The notes below the pieces were generated by a model that made no database searches, was not told the DNA's origin, and was given only the letters and a program-made list of their open reading frames with translations. Position numbers and translations under genes: made by a program. From Deltaproteobacteria bacterium (GTDB lineage: Bacteria; Desulfobacterota; Binatia; DP-6), in NCBI GenBank assembly GCA_005888095.1, contig VBKF01000140.1, positions 4,602 through 68,601 of the forward strand: 64,000 nucleotides of DNA, read 5' to 3'. This document shows, in pieces, positions 37,369 to 45,911 of the stretch (position 1 is its first letter; each line of letters begins with the position of its first letter).

Positions 37369-37548
37369 TCCTCTACTGGAGACGAGTGGAGATGTCCTCG
37401 AAGCGCAGCCTGCACGTGCGAAGGGCCGCGAGACCCGAGCCCCGGGCGGGGGTGGCCCCCGCCGCGATCTCTCGAGCCGGACGCGCAGGTCGGCCCTGGT
37501 CGAGGCGTCGATGACCGGCGAGAAGGTGAGCGGAGTGAGCTCGCCCGC
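37369..37548 (+). repeat. direct repeat copy 1 (~180 bp; ~97% identical to copy 2 over the first ~140 bp, then diverging)
   Basis: TCCTCTACTGGAGACGAGTGGAGATGTCCTCGAAGCGC...CCCGGGCGGGGGTGGCCCCCGCC...GGTCGAGGCG recurs at 38383; it contains a GC hairpin and a conserved ~40-codon arginine-rich frame with a GGAG before the ATG. Confidence 0.7.
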
Positions 37549-37575
37549 ATCACCAAGCTAACTGTGAACTGTGGC

Positions 37576-37761
37576 ATGCCGCTGGTCGCGAAGAGCAATG
37601 AGATCTTCGCGCGAGATCCGGAAGTCTTAGCGGGCAGCAAAGAGGCGTACCTCACCTCAGAGATCCAGTGGATCTTGGGTGGATCTAAAAACCGTAGTAA
37701 ATACAATGGGTTAGGCTTGCACCGTCTCGGACCCCATGTTACGGTTAGGCCGTCTCGGTGA
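37576..37761 (+). CDS. hypothetical 61-aa ORF inside the low-GC islet (MPLVAKSNEIFARDPEVLAGSKEAYLTSEIQWILGGSKNRSKYNGLGLHRLG...)
   Basis: In-frame ATG at 37576 in the ~50% GC segment; no clear Shine-Dalgarno; overlaps palindromic GATC-containing motifs. Confidence 0.25.
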   Translation: MPLVAKSNEIFARDPEVLAGSKEAYLTSEIQWILGGSKNRSKYNGLGLHRLGPHVTVRPSR

Positions 37762-37796
37762 TCAGCGCAACCTTCTAGCAAGAAAGAGGGCCAGCG

Positions 37797-38354
37797 ATGG
37801 CGGAAAAGGCGAACCCATTTCGCGACGCGCTCTACGATGCGTTAGGGAGGAGAGGAGTCCGTTGGGTGCGGGACTTTGGCGGGGGGCGGCACGCCGAACT
37901 CTACACGCGCGAGGATCGGTGGCTTGCTCTCCTTGTCCAAAAGACCCTGTCCGCCCAGCCCTGGTGGAACATTCCGCACTACTTCGAAGAGCTACACGCG
38001 CTAGAACAAGAGCATCCGGCATACCTGGTCGTCGAAGTCTTCCAAGACGACCCGCAGGGTGGCACCGTGCTCACCGGAAAGGAGCTTGAGCCGCTGTTCA
38101 TGGCGGGCTCCGCAGACCGCTTCAGAAATGTGAAGGTGCTGCCGAGCGATCTCAGCGCCGGAACATACCTCAGGGGAGCCGAGCGTATGGCGGACTTCAT
38201 CCAGGCGCTTCTGACCGAGCTTCCGCCGGAACCAGGGCTTACACCCACCCAGCTCATTCCTGCGTCGCCACGCCGCCGGCGGCGCAGTCGATGGATGCGG
38301 GAGCTCTTCGGGGAAGAGGATAGCCAGAGCCTCGATCTCCGAGACAAGGATTGA
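37797..38354 (+). CDS. hypothetical protein of unknown function, atypical (lower-GC) codon usage
   Basis: 185 aa with an AGAAAGAGGG Shine-Dalgarno; mixed A/T third positions unlike neighbours; a possible degenerate nuclease-like core (…VRDFGGGRHAELYTREDRWLALLVQK…YLVVEVFQDD…) is speculative. Confidence 0.6.
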   Translation: MAEKANPFRDALYDALGRRGVRWVRDFGGGRHAELYTREDRWLALLVQKTLSAQPWWNIPHYFEELHALEQEHPAYLVVEVFQDDPQGGTVLTGKELEPLFMAGSADRFRNVKVLPSDLSAGTYLRGAERMADFIQALLTELPPEPGLTPTQLIPASPRRRRRSRWMRELFGEEDSQSLDLRDKD

Positions 38355-38382
38355 AGGAGCCGACGTGATGCTCGCGACGCCG

Positions 38383-38562
38383 TCCTCTACTGGAGACGAG
38401 TGGAGATGTCCTCGAAGCGCCGCCTGCACGTGCGAAGGGCCGCGAGGCCCGAGCCCCGGGCGGGGGTGGCCCCCGCCGCGATCTCTCGAGCCGGACGCGC
38501 AGCTCGGCCGTGGTCGAGGCGAGAATAACCGGCGAGAGCGTGAGCGGAGGGGGCCACCCCCG
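38383..38562 (+). repeat. direct repeat copy 2
   Basis: See copy 1; differs by four substitutions in the core and then diverges (…GGCGAGAATAACCGGCGAGAGCGTGAGCGGAGGGGGCCACCCCCGCCCGGGG). Confidence 0.7.
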
Positions 38563-38586
38563 CCCGGGGCGAGCGTCCTACAGCCC

Positions 38587-39939
38587 CTACGCGACGTGCA
38601 GGCTGCGCTTCGGGACGTCCCGCATGAGGATGTCGTCGGGCGACTCGCTGGGCTCGGCGCGCGTCAGGCGCTCGACGCCCTCGCGGACCTCCCGGCGGGT
38701 CATCTGGATCCCGTAGCTCTGCAGGATCTGGCGCATCAGCTCGTAGTGCGTCTCGATCGACTGCGTGACCGAGAGATAGCCGTGGGCACCGGCGCTGCGG
38801 CTGGCCCAGAAGTCGAGCGCCGCCATCTTGAAGAACGCGAGGTCCGTCTCGGCGGGCTCGAGCAGGATGATGTCGCCCTGGAAATTCGGGTCGTCCTGGT
38901 ACTGCCGGATGCCGAGCTGCAGCCGCGAGTGGAGCAGCGTGCGCAGCACCTGGTTGAGGACCACGAGCATGCCCTGGTCCGCCAGCGGCTTGCCCTCGAT
39001 CGTGTACTCGTGCCGCTCGGGATTGTAGCGGCGCGCCACCCGGTTCGAGAACGGGCGGAACGGGTTGTAGCAGATGACGAGGTCGGCGCCGTGTTCGATC
39101 GCCGTGTCGAGGTTCGCCGTCCGGCGCACGCCGCCGTCGACGTAGTCGACGCCCTTGATGCGGGCCGGCTTGTAGAAGCCGGGGAGCGCGGTCGACGCCT
39201 GCACGGCCTCGGAGATGGTGAGCGAGGTGTCCTCGTCGTGCCCGAACACGACGCGCTCGGCGGTGTCCAGGTTCATGGCGACGATGTAGAGCTCGACGCC
39301 GCGCAGCCGGTGCAACACCCGGAAGTCGTTGGAGAGGCCGCGCCGCTCGATGTTGTGGCGGAGGTAGCGCTCGAGCGACGAGTTGTCGAAGAGGCCCGAC
39401 GGCAGATACGCGAGCGGGAAGGGGAACTCGCGCGCGGAGCCGATGGCGTCGATCAGCGGCTTCACGCACTCGACCATGTTGCCGAGCGATGGCTGGCGGC
39501 GGCACTGCTCGAGCGGTTCCTTCAGCTGGCTCACCAGCTCGGGCGTGCGCGAGATGAAGCCGTAGAGGAGGCCGGGAACGTAGGTGGCGAGGTCGACCAC
39601 GAACTCGAGGGGCTTCCGCACGAACTCGGAGACGTTCAGACGGTAGAACTCGAGCGCGCTCAGCTGGGTGAAGTCCTCCGAGGTGCCGTCGATCGAGCGG
39701 AGCATCTCCACCGGGGTGACACCGCCGGCGAGCGGTGCGGCCAGGAAGGCCCCCGCCGACAGCCCGACGTAGATGTCAAAGTCGGTCGTCTTGCGGTTGA
39801 CGAGGAAGTCGTCGAGCGCCTTCAGGCCGCCGAGCTTGTAGGCCCCGCCCGTGACTGCCCCGCCCGCCAGGACGAGAGCTATCCGCGGGTCTCGCTTCCG
39901 CGTCCAGAGGTCGCTCTTGTGAACGATGGTGAGCCCCAT
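38587..39939 (-). CDS. patatin-like phospholipase with C-terminal extension
   Basis: GGAVTGG oxyanion motif and GLSAG (GxSxG) nucleophile, DGG-containing catalytic Asp region; 450 aa. Confidence 0.8.
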   Translation of the reverse strand: MGLTIVHKSDLWTRKRDPRIALVLAGGAVTGGAYKLGGLKALDDFLVNRKTTDFDIYVGLSAGAFLAAPLAGGVTPVEMLRSIDGTSEDFTQLSALEFYRLNVSEFVRKPLEFVVDLATYVPGLLYGFISRTPELVSQLKEPLEQCRRQPSLGNMVECVKPLIDAIGSAREFPFPLAYLPSGLFDNSSLERYLRHNIERRGLSNDFRVLHRLRGVELYIVAMNLDTAERVVFGHDEDTSLTISEAVQASTALPGFYKPARIKGVDYVDGGVRRTANLDTAIEHGADLVICYNPFRPFSNRVARRYNPERHEYTIEGKPLADQGMLVVLNQVLRTLLHSRLQLGIRQYQDDPNFQGDIILLEPAETDLAFFKMAALDFWASRSAGAHGYLSVTQSIETHYELMRQILQSYGIQMTRREVREGVERLTRAEPSESPDDILMRDVPKRSLHVA

Positions 39940-40229
39940 GTGCCCTCACTACTGCCGGAATTGCCGCATTCCTTGTCCGGCTGTCTACACCCACCTCGGC
40001 CAGCAATCATTATGCCAGCCCCCACCTTGGTGCGCTCGCGTGACTTCCTGGACCCCCCTGAGGCCATGGCGCGCTGCAGCAATCGCCTACTAGGCCGCGG
40101 CGTACAAGTCAAGAAAACCGAGACAGCCTCTTGGGGCATCCCCGCACATGCGCGCGCTTCCGACGGCCGATTTCGTGCAGCCGCCCCACATCTGGCCCGG
40201 CTGCGCGATAGAGGTTGTTTCGGGGTGTT

Positions 40230-40958
40230 TCAGAAGCGGAAAGGGGCGGTGCGGAGAGTCAGATCGGCAGCAGCGAGCGCCCGGGGGGTGTCGATGTTGA
40301 CCCAGCGGGCCGGGGTCAGAAAACCGTAAACCGACATCCCGGCGGCCAACAGCTTGACATAGGTGGTGCGGATCACGCTGTAGGCCGCGTCGGGTTCCAT
40401 CCACCCGAAGATATCCGGCTCGAACACGTGGAGGCCGGGGAACATGAAGCCGCGGAAGGTTCCCTCGACCCCGGGCGGCAGCCCGACGACACGCCGCACC
40501 CGGTCCTCGGCATCGAGCTCGATGAGGCCGTAGCGCGCGGCTTCCGGGTCGGGTCGCACCACCATCGTCGCCAGGGCGCCGCGGGCCCGATGGAAGGCGA
40601 CGACGTCCTCCAGGTGGAGCTCGAGGAGGCTGTCGCCGTTCACCACCACGAACGGCTCCCCCCCGAGCAATGGCTCGGCACGCTTGATGCCGCCGCCCGT
40701 GTCGAGGATCGGATCCTCCCAGGAGTATTGGATGCGGAGCCCGAAGCGACGACCGTCACCGAGGCGCTCCTCGATCGCGTGGCCCAGGTGATGGAGGTTG
40801 ATCACCACCTCGCGGATGCCGCCGGCGTGCAGGAACTCCAGGATGTGCTCGAGCAGCGGCCGCCCCGCGACCGGGAGGAGCGGCTTCGGCGTCGTGTCGG
40901 TGAGCGGCGCGAGGCGCGTCCCCCGCCCCGCGGCGAGCACCATGGCGCGACGGATCAC
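40230..40958 (-). CDS. sugar-1-phosphate nucleotidyltransferase (MurU-like)
   Basis: MVLAAGRGTRLAPLTDTTPKPLLPV nucleotidyltransferase signature; GTG overlaps the upstream kinase stop (GTGA). Confidence 0.7.
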   Translation of the reverse strand: MIRRAMVLAAGRGTRLAPLTDTTPKPLLPVAGRPLLEHILEFLHAGGIREVVINLHHLGHAIEERLGDGRRFGLRIQYSWEDPILDTGGGIKRAEPLLGGEPFVVVNGDSLLELHLEDVVAFHRARGALATMVVRPDPEAARYGLIELDAEDRVRRVVGLPPGVEGTFRGFMFPGLHVFEPDIFGWMEPDAAYSVIRTTYVKLLAAGMSVYGFLTPARWVNIDTPRALAAADLTLRTAPFRF

Positions 40959-42055
40959 GCCGGCCGCTCCTCGCCGAGCTCCGGCACCCAGGCGCCGACC
41001 CGCGCGGCTGCCGTCGCCAGCGCGGGCTCGGCGCGGAGCATCCGGCGCGCGACGCCGTAGACCGCCGGCAGGTAGGCGAGGTAGCCGGGCTTCCCCTTGA
41101 CGCGTTCGAGGAAGTAGAACCGACCGATCACCTTGAGCGCCCGCTGCAGCGCGCACCGGCGGTAGCGCTCGGCGAAGCCCGGGGCCACGGGCACGCCGGC
41201 GGCCGCTCGACCCTCGACGAATCGCTCGGTGAGCGACGCCTCGAGCGCCGGGGGGACGAGCTCCGCGGTGGTGCGGTCGGTCAGGAGCGAAGCCAGGTCG
41301 TAGGCGTCGGGGGCGAGGAGCGCGTCCTGGAAGTCCAGGATCCTGAGCCGGCCATCCTGCACGTGGAGGTTCCAGGCGTGGAAGTCGCGATGCGCGAGCA
41401 CCGGTGTGGCGCGCTCGAACGGCTCGGCGAGCGGCGCCAGCGCCTCGAGGAGCGCCGCGCGCTCGGCGGCGGGGAGCCGGTGCCCGTGGCGGGTCTCGAT
41501 GCCGTGCTCGACGAAGTGCTCGAGCTCCCAGCGTGCCAGCCGGCCGTCGAACCGCTGGCGGAACGCGTAGCAGGCGGGCGCGGGACGCTGCGCGCCCGCG
41601 GCCTGGAGCGCAACCAGCAGGTCGACCGCCGCGCCGAACAATTCGGACACGCGCGCCGCGTCGGCGCGCGCCGCGGCCCAGAGCGTGGTGTCGCCGACAT
41701 CCTCGAGGAGCAGGAAGGTGGGGGTCTGATGATAGACGGCAGGGACCGGGAGGCCGCAGCCGCCGAGATAGCGGCCGACGTTGACGAACGGCAGCTCGTC
41801 GCCGCCCGCCACGCCGCCGATCTCCTCCGAGCCGAGCGGCAGGCGATCGGCGCCGAGCAGCATCGCGACCGCCGTCGGCGCCTCGGCGGCGCCGGCCAGC
41901 CGCAGGCGCACGTAGCGCCGGGTGGACGCGTCGCCCGCGAGCGGCTCGGCGGCGACGATGCGGGCGCCCGCGCCGAACGCCGCCCGCACGGCCGGCGCGA
42001 GCGCCTCGAGCGGCATCGGTTCCGACATCGCCCGAAGAGGCGCGTACCAGAGCAT
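40955..42055 (-). CDS. aminoglycoside-phosphotransferase-fold kinase (AmgK-like anomeric sugar kinase)
   Basis: HRDFHAWNL (HxDxxxxN) catalytic loop and a DFQDA Mg-binding motif; pairing with the nucleotidyltransferase mirrors AmgK/MurU. Confidence 0.6.
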   Translation of the reverse strand: MLWYAPLRAMSEPMPLEALAPAVRAAFGAGARIVAAEPLAGDASTRRYVRLRLAGAAEAPTAVAMLLGADRLPLGSEEIGGVAGGDELPFVNVGRYLGGCGLPVPAVYHQTPTFLLLEDVGDTTLWAAARADAARVSELFGAAVDLLVALQAAGAQRPAPACYAFRQRFDGRLARWELEHFVEHGIETRHGHRLPAAERAALLEALAPLAEPFERATPVLAHRDFHAWNLHVQDGRLRILDFQDALLAPDAYDLASLLTDRTTAELVPPALEASLTERFVEGRAAAGVPVAPGFAERYRRCALQRALKVIGRFYFLERVKGKPGYLAYLPAVYGVARRMLRAEPALATAAARVGAWVPELGEERPA

Positions 42056-42139
42056 CGGCGCGGAGTCAAAAGACGCGAGCTCGTCCTTGACAGCCCTGGT
42101 GGATTGCCATTAGTTGGCCTTTCCGACCTGGAGCTGGCG

Positions 42140-42496
42140 ATGAAGTTCCAGTACGTTCCCGTGCTGATCGCGTTCGGGATCGGGGGGCTGGTGGTGGCGG
42201 TGTTCATCGCCGCCGGCATGTTCCTCGGGCCACGCCGCAGCTCGCCCGTCAAGACCACCGCGTTCGAGTGCGGCAATCCCCCGAGCGGTCCTGCGTGGGG
42301 CCGCTTCTCGGTGAAGTTCTACCTCACCGCCATCCTCTTCATCGTGTTCGACGTCGAGGTGGTGTTCATGTACCCGTGGGCGGTCCTCTTCCGTCCGCTC
42401 GGCGTCTTCGGCTTCGTCGAGATGAGCGTCTTCATCCTCGTGCTCGCGCTCGGGCTCGTCTACGTGTGGCGCAAGGGCGCGCTCGAGTGGGACTGA
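42140..42496 (+). CDS. nuoA: NADH-quinone oxidoreductase subunit A
   Basis: 118-aa 3-transmembrane protein with FECG...KFY...FDVE...FMYPW motifs. Confidence 0.85.
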   Translation: MKFQYVPVLIAFGIGGLVVAVFIAAGMFLGPRRSSPVKTTAFECGNPPSGPAWGRFSVKFYLTAILFIVFDVEVVFMYPWAVLFRPLGVFGFVEMSVFILVLALGLVYVWRKGALEWD

Positions 42497-42523
42497 CGGC
42501 GCGCGCGACGCGCCGATCGCTGC

Positions 42524-43039
42524 ATGACCCAAGCGGACCTACTTGATCGGCTGCCCGCGATCCTCCCCGCCAGCGCGCTCCAGGGGGGCGAGCTCGTCCG
42601 CGGGCAGGCCATCGCCCGGGTCGACCGCGCCGTGATCCGGGAGGCGCTCGCGGCGCTCCGCGACCATCCCGAGACGCGCTTCGACATGCTCACGGATCTG
42701 ACCGTCGTCGACTACCTGGGGCGCGCGCCGCGCTTCGAGGTGGTCTACCAGCTCTACTCGCTCGGCCGGAACCACCGCCTCCGCGTGAAGGCGGCGGTCC
42801 CGGAAGAGGATCCGCTCGTCCCCTCCGTCTCGTCGCTCTGGAAGGCCGCGCTCTGGGCCGAGCGCGAGGCGTGGGACATGTTCGGCATCCGTTTCGCCGG
42901 GCACCCCGACCTGCGGCGCATCCTCATGTACCCGGAGTTCGAGGGCCACCCGCTGCGCAAGGACTACCCCCTCATGCGCCGCCAGCCGCTGGTGCCCGAG
43001 CGCGATCCGCTCGAGCGGCCGTGGTCCCCGCGGGCATGA
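42524..43039 (+). CDS. nuoC: NADH-quinone oxidoreductase subunit C (30 kDa)
   Basis: NuoC-like (…TDLTVVDY…FEVVYQLYS…EREAWDMFGIRFAGHPDLRRIL…). Confidence 0.8.
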   Translation: MTQADLLDRLPAILPASALQGGELVRGQAIARVDRAVIREALAALRDHPETRFDMLTDLTVVDYLGRAPRFEVVYQLYSLGRNHRLRVKAAVPEEDPLVPSVSSLWKAALWAEREAWDMFGIRFAGHPDLRRILMYPEFEGHPLRKDYPLMRRQPLVPERDPLERPWSPRA

Positions 43040-43104
43040 GCGTGAGCGAAGAATACTGATGAGCGTGAGCGAAGAATACTGATGAGCGTGAGCGAAGAAT
43101 ACTG
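43036..43104 (+). repeat. perfect 3 x 23-bp tandem repeat ATGAGCGTGAGCGAAGAATACTG at the nuoC/nuoD junction
   Basis: Read directly; the nuoC stop lies in copy 1 and the nuoD ATG is the start of a truncated 4th copy; each unit encodes a mini-ORF MSVSEEY-stop whose TGA overlaps the next ATG. Confidence 0.8.
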
Positions 43105-44331
43105 ATGAGCGCGGCGCGGGCGCCGGGAGCGGTGACACCGGAGCGCGTTGTCGAGGCCGATCCGACGTCGGAGGTGATGGCGCTCCAGATGGGGCCGTCG
43201 CACCCCGCGTCGCATGGCACCATCAAGTTCAACCTCCGGCTCGACGGCGAGACGATCCTCGACGTCGACGTCGAGATCGGCTACCTCCACCGCGGTTTCG
43301 AGAAAATGTGCGAGCAGGGGACGTGGAACCACGTCTTCCCCTACGCCGATCGGCTGAACTACGCCTCCCCGCTGCTCAACAACGTGGGCTTCGCGCTCGC
43401 GGTCGAGCAGCTCGCCGGCATCACGGCGCCCGAGCGCTGCCAGTACATCCGGGTGATCACCGGCGAGATGTCGCGCGTCACCGACCACCTCACCTGTCTC
43501 GGCATGGCGGCCAACGAGATCGGCGCGATCTCGGCCGGCTTCTACATGCTCGAGGCGCGCGAGTTCCTCTACGACCTGGTCGAGGCGGTCACCGGGGCGC
43601 GGCTCACCGTGACCTACTGCCGGCTCGGCGGGGTCGTGAAGGACCTGCCCGCCGACATGGCCGAGCGCACGCGCTTCGCGCTCAAGCAGATCCGCCGCGT
43701 CCTCGCCGACTGCGACCGGCTCCTGTCCCGCAACCGCATCTTCGTCGATCGCATGGTCGGCGTCGGGAAGCTCGCGCAGGCCGACGCGATCTCGTGGGGC
43801 CTCACCGGCCCGCTGCTGCGCGCCACCGGCGTGCCGTACGACGTGCGCAAGGCCGAGCCCTACCTCGTCTACGACCGGATGGACTTCGAGGTGCCGACCG
43901 GCACGTCGGGCGACAACTACGATCGCTTCATGGTGCGCTTCGCCGAGCTGGAGCAGAGCATGCGCATCATCGAGCAGGCGCTCGCCCGCATCCCCCCCGG
44001 ACCGATCCTGGCCGACGACCCGCGCTTCGTGCTGCCGCCGAAGCAGGAGGTCTACACGACCATCGAGGGGCTCATGAACCACTTCAAGCTCGTCATGGAG
44101 GGCCAGAAGGTGCCCGCCGGCGAGGTCTACGTGGCCACCGAGGGGGGCAACGGCGAGCTCGGCTTCTACCTGGTGAGCGACGGCAGCGGCCGGCCCTACC
44201 GCGTCCGCGTGCGACCTCCCTGCTTCTACGGGATGGCGGCGCTCGGCGAGATGCTGCGCGGGCACATGGTGGCGGACATCATCACCACCTTCGGCCAGGT
44301 CAACATGATCGGGGGCGAGTGTGACCGCTGA
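43105..44331 (+). CDS. nuoD: NADH-quinone oxidoreductase subunit D (49 kDa)
   Basis: MGPSHPASHGTIKF...IGYLHRGFEKM NuoD N-terminal signature; 408 aa. Confidence 0.9.
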   Translation: MSAARAPGAVTPERVVEADPTSEVMALQMGPSHPASHGTIKFNLRLDGETILDVDVEIGYLHRGFEKMCEQGTWNHVFPYADRLNYASPLLNNVGFALAVEQLAGITAPERCQYIRVITGEMSRVTDHLTCLGMAANEIGAISAGFYMLEAREFLYDLVEAVTGARLTVTYCRLGGVVKDLPADMAERTRFALKQIRRVLADCDRLLSRNRIFVDRMVGVGKLAQADAISWGLTGPLLRATGVPYDVRKAEPYLVYDRMDFEVPTGTSGDNYDRFMVRFAELEQSMRIIEQALARIPPGPILADDPRFVLPPKQEVYTTIEGLMNHFKLVMEGQKVPAGEVYVATEGGNGELGFYLVSDGSGRPYRVRVRPPCFYGMAALGEMLRGHMVADIITTFGQVNMIGGECDR

Positions 44332-44812
44332 GGGCCCGCGCTTCTCCGACGCCGTCCTCGTCGAGTACCGGGCGATCCTCGCCCGCTACCCCGAGCGCCG
44401 CGCGGCCCTGCTGCCGACGCTCTGGCTCGCGCAGCGCGAGTTCGGGTGGCTCTCGCTGCCGGTCCTCGAGTACGTGGCCGAGCTGATGGAGCTGCCGCTC
44501 GCGTGGGTGACCGCCACCGCGTCGTTCTACACCATGTACTGGAAGCAGCCCCCGGGCCGCTGGCACCTCCAGGTCTGCCGCAACCTGCCGTGCGCGCTGC
44601 GCGGGGCGGACGACGTCCGGGCCGCGCTCGAACAGCGCCTCGGCATCTGTCCCGGCGAGAAGACCGCGGACGGACGGTTCTCGCTCGAGGAGGTCGAGTG
44701 CCTCGCGTCCTGCGACACGGCGCCCGTGCTCCAGGTCAACAACTCGGAGTACCACGAGAACCTGACCGTCGAGCGGACGCTCGCCCTGATCGAGCGCCTG
44801 GCCAGCACCTAG
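44321..44812 (+). CDS. nuoE: NADH-quinone oxidoreductase subunit E (24 kDa, 2Fe-2S)
   Basis: CRNLPC...CLASCDTAP cysteine ligands (thioredoxin-like [2Fe-2S]); GTG start overlapping nuoD. Confidence 0.8.
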   Translation: MTAEGPRFSDAVLVEYRAILARYPERRAALLPTLWLAQREFGWLSLPVLEYVAELMELPLAWVTATASFYTMYWKQPPGRWHLQVCRNLPCALRGADDVRAALEQRLGICPGEKTADGRFSLEEVECLASCDTAPVLQVNNSEYHENLTVERTLALIERLAST

Positions 44813-44813
44813 C

Positions 44814-45911
44814 GTGACGCCCGACGTCGCCATCGCGGCGGCGAAGGTCCTCTTCGCCCTCTTCCTCGCGCTCCAGGTGATGGGCCTGGGGGTGTTCTTC
44901 GAGCGCAAGGTGAGCGCGCTGATCCAGGACCGGATCGGCGCCAACCGCGCCGCCATCTTCGGCTTTGCCGGGCTCGGCCTGGTGAACACGCTGGTCGCCG
45001 ACCCGATCAAGTTCCTCCTGAAGGAGGACATCACGCCGGCCGAGGCCGACCGGCTGCTCCACTTCCTGGCGCCGTGCGCGAGCCTCGTGCCCGCGCTCGC
45101 CACCTTCGCCGTGGTGCCGTTCGGCGACGTGCTCGAGGTGGGCGGGCGCGTGATCAACCTGCAGGGGGCGGAGCTGAGCGTCGGCCTCCTCTTCGTGCTC
45201 GCGATGGCGTCGCTCGGCGTGTACGGCGTGGTGCTGGGCGGCTGGGCGTCGAACAACCGCTGGTCGCTGCTCGGCGGCATCCGCGGCTCGGCGCAGATGA
45301 TCTCCTACGAGATCGCCATGGGGCTCGCGCTGATCGGCGTCGTCCTCACCTACAACACGCTCGACCTCCAGGAGATCGCGCGCGCCCAGGGCCGCCTCGT
45401 GTGGGGATGGCTGCCCGCCTGGGGCATCCTCTACCAGCCGCTCGCCTTCATCATCTTCCTCGTCGCCGGCGTCGCGGAGAGCAAGCGCATCCCTTTCGAC
45501 CTCCCGGAGAGCGAGTCCGAGCTGGTGAGCGGGTACTTCACCGAGTACTCCGGCGCCAAGCACCTGATGTTCATGATGAGCGACTTCGTCGAGGTCGTGC
45601 TCGTCGCCGCCCTCGTGACGACGCTCTTCTTCGGCGGGTGGCAGGTCCCGTATCTCGGGCGCGACGGCTTCCACTTCCCCGGCGGCGCGACCCTCGGGCT
45701 GCCGTCGCTCGCCGTCGTCGTCCTCCAGGTCACGGCCTTCGCGCTGAAGGTGATCGCCTTCACCTGGCTCCAGATCGTCATCCGCTGGACGCTCCCGCGC
45801 TTTCGCTACGACCAGCTCATGCGGCTCGGGTGGCAGGGCTTGCTGCCGCTCTCGCTCGCCAACGTGATGATCTCGGCACTGGTCGTGCTGCTCGTGGAGC
45901 GGGGCGCGTGA
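44814..45911 (+). CDS. nuoH: NADH-quinone oxidoreductase subunit H
   Basis: NuoH/ND1 motifs (…GWASNNRWSLLGGIRGSAQMISYEIAMG…AESKRIPFDLPESESELVSGYFTEYSG…). Confidence 0.9.
   Translation: MTPDVAIAAAKVLFALFLALQVMGLGVFFERKVSALIQDRIGANRAAIFGFAGLGLVNTLVADPIKFLLKEDITPAEADRLLHFLAPCASLVPALATFAVVPFGDVLEVGGRVINLQGAELSVGLLFVLAMASLGVYGVVLGGWASNNRWSLLGGIRGSAQMISYEIAMGLALIGVVLTYNTLDLQEIARAQGRLVWGWLPAWGILYQPLAFIIFLVAGVAESKRIPFDLPESESELVSGYFTEYSGAKHLMFMMSDFVEVVLVAALVTTLFFGGWQVPYLGRDGFHFPGGATLGLPSLAVVVLQVTAFALKVIAFTWLQIVIRWTLPRFRYDQLMRLGWQGLLPLSLANVMISALVVLLVERGA

Noticed and set aside
37155-37781. 208-aa minus ORF and 157-aa plus ORF (37288..37761) spanning repeat copy 1
   Set aside because: Both run through the GC hairpin and repeat sequence with arginine/proline/glycine-rich translations. 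Only the 3'-terminal 61 codons of the plus ORF, from the ATG at 37576, are kept as a low-confidence feature.
43036-43104. CRISPR array
   Set aside because: 23-bp units repeated without spacers are a simple tandem repeat, not repeat-spacer architecture.
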